From: Terriglobales bacterium
GTDB lineage: Bacteria; Acidobacteriota; Terriglobia; Terriglobales; Acidobacteriaceae
Direction: 5' to 3'
DNA: 64,000 bases
Assembly (NCBI GenBank): GCA_015654835.1
Contig: JAATGG010000159.1
Coordinates: 5,576 to 69,575 of the forward strand
Shown here: positions 54,852 to 63,296 of the stretch, one piece after another
Position numbering within the stretch: the stretch's first letter is position 1
Layout of the letters: each line of letters opens with the position of its first letter
The notes under the pieces: model-generated
What the model saw: only the letters and a program-made list of their open reading frames with translations
What the model was told of the DNA's origin: nothing
The model's database searches: none
Made by a program: the position numbers and the translations under genes

Positions 54852-56756
54852 ATGATTTCTTCTCGGTATCGTATGCTCGGTTGCGCCGCGCTGGCTTTAT
54901 TGCTGGCGGGCTGCGATCCATCTCAAAAGACCAGCGGACCCGACGGTACACAGCCGCAGGCCACCGCGCCTGCGCTGCCATCCAACGGGGCACAGCAGAC
55001 CCCGCAGGTCACTGCGCCGCAGACCGCTCCACAACTCACGACCGCCCAGCAACAGCAGGTGCAGTCGCTCATCCGCCAAGTGGAGAGCGCCTACGGCAGA
55101 GGCGAAGCGGACTATCGCAAGGGGCAACTCCCCGAAGCGAAGACGGAATTCGACCGGGCTGTCGACCTGATGCTTTCCAGCGGCGTCAACATCAAAAACA
55201 GTCCCGAGCTGCAAGACGAGTTCGATCGCATCGTGGATGCGGTAAACGCTCTTGAAGTAGAGGCGCTGAAGCAGGGCAACGGCTTTGTCGCCAAAGTGGA
55301 ACCCTCTCCCGCCGATGTCGCCACGGATGTAACCTTCGAGGTCGATCCCAACATTGTCGCCAAGGCGAAGGCCGAGTTGGCGACCACCAAGTCGGACTTG
55401 CCGCTGGTGGTAAACGACTATGTTGCCGCCTACATTAATTTCTTTGCCAACTCGCAGCGCGGCCACAATACGCTACTGCATTCGTTCCAGCGCGCAGGCC
55501 GCTATAAGGCGATGATTCAGCGCGTCATGGCCGAGGAAGGTGTGCCGCAGGATCTGATCTACCTGGCGGTAGCCGAATCGAGCTTTCAACCGCGGGCGAT
55601 GAATCCGCACTCCGGCGCTGGCGGCATGTGGCAGTTCATGCCCCACGATCCCTCCTACGGATTGGCCCGTACCAGCTATGTGGACGAGCGGTTCGATCCG
55701 GAAAAGTCCACCCGCGCTTACGCCCGCTACATGAAGTTCATCTACAACCAGTTGGGTGACTGGTATCTCTCGATGGCCGGCTACAACTGGGGCACCGGCA
55801 ATGTGCAGCGCGCGGTGCAGAAGACCGGCTATGCGGATTTTTGGGAACTCTACAAGCGCAACAACATTCCCGGCGAGACCAAGAACTACGTGCCTGAAAT
55901 TCTGGCCGCCATCATCATCGCCAATCATCCGGAACAGTATGGGTTCACCGAGATCACGCTCGATCCGCCGGTCCTGACGGACACCGTGACGATCAACTAC
56001 TCCGTCGATCTGCGTCTGGTTTCGGATCTGGTGGATGCGCCGATGGATGAGTTGATGGCGCTGAATCCCAGCTTGCTGCGCATGACCACCCCTCCCGATA
56101 CGTCGTTCGATCTGCATCTGCCGGCCGGCATGGCGTCGGTGTTTCAGCAGCGCATCGCAGCGGTTCCCGAGTCGAAGCGCGATATGTGGCGCTACCATCG
56201 CGTCTCCGCGGATGACACGCTGGCCTCGGTGGCACGTGCCTACCATGTGCAGGTGGCGGACCTGGCTGCAGCCAACCAGTTGCGCGAGAGCGATAGCCTG
56301 TCGGGTGTGGACGCACTCGTCGTGCCTGTGGCTCCGGCGGCTTCGCCGTTAGCACGTACCGTGCTTTACACCGCGCGCAGGGGCGACACGCTGGTAACCA
56401 TCGCGGATCGCTTCGGCGTCGCGCTCGACCAGTTGCGCCGCTGGAATCAGATTTCCGGAACCGGCGTGAAGGTTGCGCCGGGCCGCCGTTTGCACGTAGC
56501 GGAGTCGGCGCACGTGGAGCGCACGACGACCGGCCGCCGCCATAGAGGCTCGGAGAAAAGTGACGCAGAGGCGCATGAACAGGGCACTTCAAGGGGTACC
56601 CCTGAAAAACATGCGGCCCCTGTGGCGCACAAAAAAAGCAGAGGCACCACAACAAAAAAAGAACGCATGCAGCGATCGGAACCCGCAGCTTCATCTAAGA
56701 AAAGCGGTGCTGCAAGCGCAAAGAATCATCATGCAAGAAAGTCCGCGAAGCGATAG
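54852..56756 (+). CDS. lipoprotein lytic transglycosylase (MltD-like) with two LysM domains and a basic tail
   Basis: Lipobox LLLAGC. SLT motif LAVAESSFQPRAMNPHSGAGGMWQFMP. LysM domains YHRVSADDTLASVARAYHVQVADLAAANQL and YTARRGDTLVTIADRFGVALDQLRRWNQI. Confidence 0.85.
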   Translation: MISSRYRMLGCAALALLLAGCDPSQKTSGPDGTQPQATAPALPSNGAQQTPQVTAPQTAPQLTTAQQQQVQSLIRQVESAYGRGEADYRKGQLPEAKTEFDRAVDLMLSSGVNIKNSPELQDEFDRIVDAVNALEVEALKQGNGFVAKVEPSPADVATDVTFEVDPNIVAKAKAELATTKSDLPLVVNDYVAAYINFFANSQRGHNTLLHSFQRAGRYKAMIQRVMAEEGVPQDLIYLAVAESSFQPRAMNPHSGAGGMWQFMPHDPSYGLARTSYVDERFDPEKSTRAYARYMKFIYNQLGDWYLSMAGYNWGTGNVQRAVQKTGYADFWELYKRNNIPGETKNYVPEILAAIIIANHPEQYGFTEITLDPPVLTDTVTINYSVDLRLVSDLVDAPMDELMALNPSLLRMTTPPDTSFDLHLPAGMASVFQQRIAAVPESKRDMWRYHRVSADDTLASVARAYHVQVADLAAANQLRESDSLSGVDALVVPVAPAASPLARTVLYTARRGDTLVTIADRFGVALDQLRRWNQISGTGVKVAPGRRLHVAESAHVERTTTGRRHRGSEKSDAEAHEQGTSRGTPEKHAAPVAHKKSRGTTTKKERMQRSEPAASSKKSGAASAKNHHARKSAKR

Positions 56757-56924
56757 CTCATCGTATTGTGCGCAAAAATGAGCGAGGTAGCTCATTACGT
56801 ACTTGTCTTTTGTGGTGTTTGCGTGCAAGCTATTGCTACAATGGCTTCCGCATGCGGAGCACATGCGTCCGTTGCGTGAAGAGGCAAAGCAATCAAGGAC
56901 AGCGGCGAACCGCTGGAGGCAGAG

Positions 56925-57653
56925 ATGGAAGAAGTGTTCAGGATGTATGCAATGGAAGACGGCAACCACGACATCGAGCCGGATGAGCTGGACCCCGATC
57001 ACGACGACTTTGAAGAGGACGAAGAGATTGAAACCTCCAGCGTGCTCACCTCCTCGGATGACGACGAGGGAACGGATGAAGGCGTAGCCGATGAGGTTGA
57101 GCTGGTGATAGTCGCAGAAGAGATCCCGGTACAACCAGCGGCGAGAAAGATCGCAAAGAAGCCTGCCGTCAAGAAGGCTCCGGCGAAGAAAGCGACAGCG
57201 AAAAAGGCAGCCGCACCCACGCCAGCCGCAATCAAGGCGCCTGCGAAAAAAGCGGCAGCAAAGAAAGCGGTAGCCAAAAAAGCTCCGGCAAAGAAGGCCG
57301 CAGCGAAAAAGATTGTGCCTAAAAAGGCCGCAAAGAAATCCGCCGCAACAAAAAGCAGTACTGGCGTTAAGGGCGGAAAGGCCGTAGCCAAGAAGGCCGC
57401 GGCGAAGAAGAACGCCAGCAAAATCACTAAACGAGGTAAACCATTGGCCGTTAAGAAAGCAGCAAAGAAGGCGCCCGCCAAGAAGGCAGTAGCGAAGAAA
57501 GCAGTAGCAAAGAAAGCTCCTGCAAAGAAGGCAGTGGCGAAGAAGGCAGTGGCCAAGAAGGCTCCGGCAAAGAAAGCAGTAGCCAAAAAGGCTCCGGCGA
57601 AGAAGGCCGCGAAGAAAGCCCCTGCAAAGAAAGCAACCAAGGCAACCAAGTAA
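56925..57653 (+). CDS. histone H1-like Lys/Ala-repeat protein with acidic N-terminal region
   Basis: SD GGAGG lies 6 nt upstream of ATG 56925. The N-terminal ~70 aa are Asp/Glu-rich. About 170 aa of AKKAxAKK repeats follow ([17 protein letters not shown]). Confidence 0.75.
   Translation: MEEVFRMYAMEDGNHDIEPDELDPDHDDFEEDEEIETSSVLTSSDDDEGTDEGVADEVELVIVAEEIPVQPAARKIAKKPAVKKAPAKKATAKKAAAPTPAAIKAPAKKAAAKKAVAKKAPAKKAAAKKIVPKKAAKKSAATKSSTGVKGGKAVAKKAAAKKNASKITKRGKPLAVKKAAKKAPAKKAVAKKAVAKKAPAKKAVAKKAVAKKAPAKKAVAKKAPAKKAAKKAPAKKATKATK
57141..57650 (+). repeat. coding tandem repeats (KKA-type)
   Basis: Reiterated gcNaagaaggcNgtNgcNaagaaa units encoding [13 protein letters not shown]. Confidence 0.8.
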
Positions 57654-57686
57654 CACCGGCAACAGGCAATTCAAGGCAAGCAAAAG

Positions 57687-57712
57687 AGCCCGGCATCGCG
57701 CCGGGCTTTTTT
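57687..57712. terminator. bidirectional intrinsic terminator
   Basis: caaaag-AGCCCGGC-atcgc-GCCGGGCT-TTTTTG, located between convergent genes. Confidence 0.88.
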
Positions 57713-57732
57713 GCGTCTGGACTCGGGTAAAT

Positions 57733-58272
57733 TTACTTCTTCAACTCATCGAGTGCCGCGAGCACCTCGCCGGAGTGATGCGAGGGGTCCACGCCAGTCC
57801 ACACCTTGACGATCTTGCCTTGCGGATCGATGAGGAACGTGTTGCGCTTGGCGATGGTCGCGGTGCCGTAGGTACCCAGCGAGCCGTAGGCGTCCACTAC
57901 CTTGTGCTCGGGGTCGGCGAGCAGGCGGAAGGTTAGCCCCTCTTTAGTACAGAACTGCTTGTGGCTGTCCGGCGTGTCCACGCTTACGCCGAGAATCACA
58001 GCATTGTCGGCGTCGAACTTGGCTTGATCGCGCTGAAAATTGTGCGCCTCGATGGTGCAGCCGGTGGTCATATCTTTGGGATAGAAGTAGAGCACCACCC
58101 ACTTGCCGTGGAAGCTGTCCAGAGAAATCCGGGAGCCATCCTGGGAGGGCAGCGTGAAGCCGGGTGCAATTTCCCCGGCGGTGGGCAGCGATTGATCGGC
58201 TGCGTGGGCGGTGGCAAGGGTAGAGACGGACAGCAGGGCAGCAGCAAGGGCGAAGAGCGCGGGTTTTCTCAT
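57733..58272 (-). CDS. bcp: secreted peroxiredoxin (Bcp/PrxQ, AhpC-TSA family)
   Basis: Start at MRKPALFALAAALLSVSTLATAHA. Active-site motif VVLYFYPKDMTTGCT. Confidence 0.88.
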   Translation of the reverse strand: MRKPALFALAAALLSVSTLATAHAADQSLPTAGEIAPGFTLPSQDGSRISLDSFHGKWVVLYFYPKDMTTGCTIEAHNFQRDQAKFDADNAVILGVSVDTPDSHKQFCTKEGLTFRLLADPEHKVVDAYGSLGTYGTATIAKRNTFLIDPQGKIVKVWTGVDPSHHSGEVLAALDELKK

Positions 58273-58364
58273 GAGGGACCTCCCGGGTCGGATGAGGGAT
58301 AGGACGAACGAAACGACAGTTCGATAAATCACTGAACGGTTGGAGCCGGAGAATCTCTCCGCCC

Positions 58365-59219
58365 TCAGTATCTGCGGGGAACCGCCACAATGGCAATGCC
58401 CGCCTCACCGGCGCGCTTGAGCAGCGCATCGCGGTCGAAGAGCAGCGTGCGCCCGGCCTCGACGGAGAGGCAACTGGCGCCCGCGCGGATCATGGTTTCG
58501 ATCGTGCGAATACCAATGACGGGGACATCGAAGCGCATATCCTGCTTGGGCTTGGCGATCTTCACGACGGTCAGGCGGCGCTCCAGTGTGGAAGCGGCTT
58601 CTTCGAGCGAGCCCAGCAGCTCACCGGCGCGCTCGATGGCCGCGTCGGTGCCCTCCATGGCTTCTACGGCCACGCAGGCCTGCGCGGCTACCACGACGGT
58701 CTGGCCGATGTCGAAGCCCGCCACAGCGCGCGCCACGCCCAAGCCGTAGTCGATGTTCTTGCGTTCCTGCTCGTCGGGTGCGCGCTCGGTGAGCACGCCT
58801 TCCTGGGCCAGCAACGGCTCAAGAAAAGCGGTGGAGCTGATCAGTTCGATGCCTTCGTCGCCCAATACCTTGGCCACCGCACCCAGCAGCATGTCGGTGT
58901 TGCGGGTGCGCAGGTTCAACAGCAGCTTGGCAAGCCGCCAGTCGGGACGAATGCTGGAGAAGATTTGCTTGTGTTTTACCTGGCCAGCCATCACCGCCGT
59001 GGAGACGCCTTCTTTGTGGAAGGTTTCGATGAGGCGCGACAGTTCGCCCAGCGAGAGCCAGTGGACGCTGATGTGCTCGTCCCCGGCGGCCCGCTCGTCG
59101 ATCTCGGGGTCGGTCTCTTCGCGGATGGCCGCAACCGATACGGCAAGGCCCTGCGCGCGGGCCGCATCCAGCAGCAGAAAAGGAAAGCGGCCGTTGCCGG
59201 CGATGAGGCCAAGCTTCAT
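58365..59219 (-). CDS. lpxI: UDP-2,3-diacylglucosamine diphosphatase LpxI (DUF1009)
   Basis: 284 aa with MKLGLIAGNGRFPFLLLDAARAQG and FDVPVIGIRTIETM. Confidence 0.8.
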   Translation of the reverse strand: MKLGLIAGNGRFPFLLLDAARAQGLAVSVAAIREETDPEIDERAAGDEHISVHWLSLGELSRLIETFHKEGVSTAVMAGQVKHKQIFSSIRPDWRLAKLLLNLRTRNTDMLLGAVAKVLGDEGIELISSTAFLEPLLAQEGVLTERAPDEQERKNIDYGLGVARAVAGFDIGQTVVVAAQACVAVEAMEGTDAAIERAGELLGSLEEAASTLERRLTVVKIAKPKQDMRFDVPVIGIRTIETMIRAGASCLSVEAGRTLLFDRDALLKRAGEAGIAIVAVPRRY

Positions 59220-59221
59220 AG

Positions 59222-59992
59222 CTAGCGAATGACCCCGCGCCTGCTGCGCTCGATGAAAGCGGCAAGCATGGCCGCGTCGTCACCCTCAAGCTCGCGGATT
59301 TTTTCGACCGCCTGCGAGGTATTCATTTTGGACGCGAGCAGCAGCCGGAACGCCTTCTGCAGCAACTGCAACCGCTCAGGCGAGAAGCCGCGCCGCGTGA
59401 GCCCGACCTTGTTGATGCCGAAGGCCTTGTTCTCGCGCTTCGAAGAGGTCAGCGAAAAGGGCAGCACGTCCTGGGTCACGATGGTACCGCCGCCGATGAA
59501 AGCATATTTGCCCACGGTGCAGAACTGGTGAACCGGACTGAAAGCCCCGACACTGGCATAGTCCTCAATCACGACGTGGCCGGCGAGCGTGGCTGCGTTG
59601 GCCAGAAGGCAGTGACTGCCTACCTGGCTGTCGTGGCCGATGTGCACATAAGCCATCAGCAGGCAGCCGGAGCCCAGGCGGGTAATGCCGCCACCCTTAA
59701 CCGTGCCGCGGCTGATGGTGACGCTCTCTCGGATCGTATTTTCGTCGCCGATTTCCACCTTGGTCGGTTCGCCTCTGTACTTCAGGTCCTGGGGCGCTAC
59801 GCCGATGGCGGCGAAGGGATGGATGACGTTCCGGGCGCCGATGCGGGTGTGCCCGTCGACAACGACATGGGAGATAAGCGTGCAGCTCTCGCCCAGCACA
59901 ACGTCTGGGCCGATGGTGGAAAAGGGTCCGATGGTGCAGGAAGCAGGAACGACGGCACCTGGAGCGATGACGGCGCTGGGATGAATGCTCAC
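59222..59992 (-). CDS. lpxA: acyl-ACP--UDP-N-acetylglucosamine O-acyltransferase
   Basis: 256 aa. IHPSAVIAPGAVV begins the hexapeptide coils, and the C-terminal helical domain contains GLTRRGFS. Confidence 0.93.
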   Translation of the reverse strand: MSIHPSAVIAPGAVVPASCTIGPFSTIGPDVVLGESCTLISHVVVDGHTRIGARNVIHPFAAIGVAPQDLKYRGEPTKVEIGDENTIRESVTISRGTVKGGGITRLGSGCLLMAYVHIGHDSQVGSHCLLANAATLAGHVVIEDYASVGAFSPVHQFCTVGKYAFIGGGTIVTQDVLPFSLTSSKRENKAFGINKVGLTRRGFSPERLQLLQKAFRLLLASKMNTSQAVEKIRELEGDDAAMLAAFIERSRRGVIR

Positions 59993-60555
59993 TCGGACGC
60001 CACCGATGAGGTGGATACCGACGCGGCGGCAAGAGGCGCGGTTTCCGCCACACTGCCGTTCTCCAGAGAGCCCGTTGACGGCACCTCAGGCGTCTCAGGC
60101 GCGTGCGCTCGGCGCTCGGGCATCCGAGGGACCACCTGGCAGGTCAGCGTTGCCTCACAGGCCAGTTTGCCGTCTACATACGCCTTGCCCAGGATGCGTC
60201 CAGCGCGTGTCCGGAACGAGAGCACATCGACTTCGATCCTCAATTGGTCGCCCGGCGTAACCGGGCGGCGGAACTTGGCGCGCTCGATGCTGGTGAAGAC
60301 GACCAGTTTCTTGTCCCGGTCGAGAATCTCGGTCAGCATGATGATGCCGCCGGCCTGCCCCATGGCCTCGATCACCAGAACGCCCGGCATGATCGGATGG
60401 CCGGGGAAATGTCCTTGAAAAAAAGGCTCATTGATAGTTACATTTTTAATCGCAACCAAACGCTTGGTCCGCTCAAATTCCACGATCCTGTCGATCAGCA
60501 GAAAAGGGTAGCGATGGGGAAGAAAATTCAGGATTTCCTGGATATCGAACGTCAT
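59989..60555 (-). CDS. fabZ: 3-hydroxyacyl-ACP dehydratase FabZ with ~40-aa C-terminal extension
   Basis: Motifs LPHRYPFLLIDRIVEF and FFQGHFPGHPIMPGVLVIEAMGQ. It forms an ATGA overlap with lpxA. Confidence 0.93.
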   Translation of the reverse strand: MTFDIQEILNFLPHRYPFLLIDRIVEFERTKRLVAIKNVTINEPFFQGHFPGHPIMPGVLVIEAMGQAGGIIMLTEILDRDKKLVVFTSIERAKFRRPVTPGDQLRIEVDVLSFRTRAGRILGKAYVDGKLACEATLTCQVVPRMPERRAHAPETPEVPSTGSLENGSVAETAPLAAASVSTSSVASE

Positions 60556-60655
60556 TCTTTAACTCCGGAAAGCGGACACAAAATCGCCACGCACTCGTCA
60601 GGATTATAACGAAAGGCGGAGGATGCCGTTGTGCGGGGATGCGCCGGGAAGGCCG

Positions 60656-62167
60656 CTAGGCCATGCCGCAGAGTGGCTCGGCGTCGCGTGGTGCGCACGG
60701 CGAAACAAATCCAAAACTGGGAATTCGCGCCGGCCATTCGCGCAGGAAATCGACGAACTCTTCCGACGTGACCGGGTGCTGGAACAAAAATCCCTGGCCG
60801 GCCTCGCAGCCCGCCTGCCGCATCGCCTCCAGCTCGCCCTGCTCTTCAATGCCTTCGGCAACGGTGCGAAGACGCATTTGCCGCGCCATGGCGACAATCG
60901 TGTTGCACAGGGCGCGCATGTCGGGCGACAGATGAATCCCACGGATAAAGCATTGATCGATCTTCATGGTTTCAAGCGGCAGTTGTTTGAGCAGATTGAA
61001 GCCGGTGTAACGGGTACCGAAGTCATCGATGGCAATGCGCACGCCGATCTCCCGCAGTTGCCTCATACGCGTGGTGAAGACCTCTTCGTCGTCGAAGAGC
61101 AGCGACTCGGTCACTTCCAGTTCCAGCACAATGGGCGCAATCGGCAATTCCTTCAAGAAGCGGCGCACCCGGCCGAGAAAGTCTTCCCGGCGCACATTGG
61201 CCGCCGAAGCATTAACCGAGATGACGGGTGGAGCAATGCCCAGCTCCATCCAACGGCGCGTATCCCTGAGCGCACCCTCAAGGCTGAAATCGAAGACGCG
61301 TTGAATCAGGTCGCTGCGCTCGGCAATGGGAATGAACTCGCTGGGAGCCACCACGCCCCACTCCGGATGCTTCCAGCGCAGCAGCGCCTCGACGCCCAGC
61401 ACCATTCCGCTATTCAGATCGATTTTCGGCTGATAGACCAGGCTGACCAAGCCGCGGTCGAACCCTTTCGTCATCTCGACTTCAAGCTGGTGGTCGCGCA
61501 CGATCAGGCTGTTCATGCCGGCTTGAAAAGCAAGCACCGCATTGCTCTTGAGCACACGCCCGCGCATCGCGGCCATACTGGCGAACCGCACCAGCTCTTC
61601 CGCCGACTCGGTATCGGAGGGGAAGAAAGCGACGCCCGCCGCCGTCTCCAGCTTGATCTCGGTTCCACGTACCAGCAGTGGCGAAAGCGCGTCGATCATG
61701 GATTGAATTCGGTTACGCGCTTCCCGGTCAAACTTCGCGGCCGGCACGGCGATCTGGAAGCTGTGGCCGGTGCACCGGCCCAACAGTGCATCGCTCCCCA
61801 CTACATCTTGCAGTGTGGATGCAACGTGCCCGACCAGGGCATCGATTCCGTCCCAGCCCCATAAAAAGAATTCCCGGCGCAGGTTGATCAGGTCGATCCA
61901 GATAAGAGCGACTTCATCGCCTTCCTCCTGCTGCTGCAGAAGTTCCCCGAGCGATCCCTGAAAGCCTTGGCGATTCAGGAGTCCTGTCTGGGGATCGTGC
62001 CGGTAGCCATAGCTCAGCATCTGGCGGCGCAATTCCTCATCTACATCTTGCTCCAAGAGGCTCCCCGATCTGTCTCCTGCTAGGGCCCTGCCGACTAGGT
62101 CGGATCTCTCTGGTACGCGTGCACCTTCGGGTTGTGTATGCTCTACGCTGGCCTGACAGGTTTTCAT
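60656..62167 (-). CDS. degenerate-GGDEF / EAL domain protein (probable c-di-GMP phosphodiesterase)
   Basis: The GGDEF-like region is DPQTGLLNRQGF...GRCTGHSFQIAV (TGHSF replaces GGDEF). EAL motifs: QPKIDL..GVEALLRW, DDFGTRYTG, KIDQCFI, VAEGIE, QGFLFQHP. Confidence 0.85.
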   Translation of the reverse strand: MKTCQASVEHTQPEGARVPERSDLVGRALAGDRSGSLLEQDVDEELRRQMLSYGYRHDPQTGLLNRQGFQGSLGELLQQQEEGDEVALIWIDLINLRREFFLWGWDGIDALVGHVASTLQDVVGSDALLGRCTGHSFQIAVPAAKFDREARNRIQSMIDALSPLLVRGTEIKLETAAGVAFFPSDTESAEELVRFASMAAMRGRVLKSNAVLAFQAGMNSLIVRDHQLEVEMTKGFDRGLVSLVYQPKIDLNSGMVLGVEALLRWKHPEWGVVAPSEFIPIAERSDLIQRVFDFSLEGALRDTRRWMELGIAPPVISVNASAANVRREDFLGRVRRFLKELPIAPIVLELEVTESLLFDDEEVFTTRMRQLREIGVRIAIDDFGTRYTGFNLLKQLPLETMKIDQCFIRGIHLSPDMRALCNTIVAMARQMRLRTVAEGIEEQGELEAMRQAGCEAGQGFLFQHPVTSEEFVDFLREWPARIPSFGFVSPCAPRDAEPLCGMA

Positions 62168-62441
62168 AAGTTAAATATCGATTCACCATCAGGAATCTGG
62201 CCTAAAGCATTTCCGATGTGCAAAATCCCGCTACCAGCTTTCCAGGCGTGCAAACACTGCCACGAGCGATGGAAGGCATTTTTAATTATGTCTTGTTTTT
62301 ACCGGGTCACATCTTCCCGTAGCAAGAAAAGAAATGGACTGTCCCTACAACGTATGTGTTATTTACATCGAGATCGGGAATCGAGATGTCGCATTGCAAG
62401 ATGCGAGGGCGCTGCGGTTGCGGTTTCACCGGCGACCGCAG

Positions 62442-63293
62442 CTATTTCTTGATCGTCTTGATGCGCCGCTCCGCCGCATCCACGCTCCAGAAGTCGGACG
62501 CCAGTTCCTGGTTATAGGTCACATGATCCAGATAGCGCTGGCTGATCATATCGTCGTTCTTAAAACGTGTAATGGTGATCGGCGTGGGAAAACCGCCCAG
62601 CGTGTGGTAATCGTCGTACTCCTCTGCGTCCAGATTCTTGTCTTTATAAACCGGGTCGCGCCATTGGAAGGTGCGCCGCAGAGGCAGGTGAGTCTCTACA
62701 TCCATCAGGATGGTTACAGCTTCGTTCTGCGCCGAAATCAGAGTGACCTGCTCGGCCAGATGACGCTCGGCCAGATGCTTGCCCTCATAAATCAGAATGG
62801 TCTTAGGATCGTTGAGCCACACCTTGACGACCGTCTCGATGGAGTGATCGCGGCGGCGAAGATAGTCGTCCACCTGATCCTGAGGCAGAGCTTTTTTGCC
62901 GCGATAGGTAACTTCCCACCCTTCGCGCCCGACATAAAACTGCAACACGTCGCGATGCTTGGTGTATTCGAGCCGATCCTGATCCGGCCAGGCGTGATAC
63001 TCCCAATATTCGGTGGTGCCGCCGCTGGGCTTGCCTTGGAAAAATGCAGCCACATGCCCCTGGCGCATCTGGTTTTTCATGCTGAGCCAGGCTTGGCCGC
63101 CCAGTGCGCGCACCATAGCGTCCAGGGCGGCGCGCGCCTGGCTGGCGTTCCTGGCTGCCGCATCCTCTACCGCCTGCGTCGTCTGCGCCGCGTCGGCAGG
63201 TGCTGCCTGTGTCTGCGCTTTAAGCGGAACGGCGAATGGCCCCAGCATCAGCACCGCCACAGCAACCGGCAAAACTCCGCGCATGATCTGCAT
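62442..63293 (-). CDS. exported hypothetical protein
   Basis: Signal peptide VLPVAVAVLMLGPFAVPLKAQ. I recognised no motif. Its start is 4 nt from the stop of the upstream SDR gene. Confidence 0.55.
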   Translation of the reverse strand: MQIMRGVLPVAVAVLMLGPFAVPLKAQTQAAPADAAQTTQAVEDAAARNASQARAALDAMVRALGGQAWLSMKNQMRQGHVAAFFQGKPSGGTTEYWEYHAWPDQDRLEYTKHRDVLQFYVGREGWEVTYRGKKALPQDQVDDYLRRRDHSIETVVKVWLNDPKTILIYEGKHLAERHLAEQVTLISAQNEAVTILMDVETHLPLRRTFQWRDPVYKDKNLDAEEYDDYHTLGGFPTPITITRFKNDDMISQRYLDHVTYNQELASDFWSVDAAERRIKTIKK

Positions 63294-63296
63294 CTG

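Noticed and set aside
57141-57650. Periodic short repeats that could be mistaken for a CRISPR or minisatellite array (also 16085..17365)
   Set aside because: The repeats are in-frame coding repeats (KKA and RPS/GRP units) with no unique spacers. No cas genes are in the window.
56691-57683. 330-aa and 216-aa minus-strand ORFs rich in Phe/Leu/Cys or Phe/Ala
   Set aside because: They are antisense readings of the KKA-repeat gene (AAG/GCC repeats read as CTT/GGC). The plus-strand gene has the SD and the terminator.
62132-62452. 106-aa Cys/His-containing ORF in the spacer upstream of the GGDEF-EAL gene
   Set aside because: It starts at a non-ATG codon inside the 5' end of the GGDEF-EAL gene on the opposite strand and has no SD. 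The region is more simply explained as promoter or terminator DNA.
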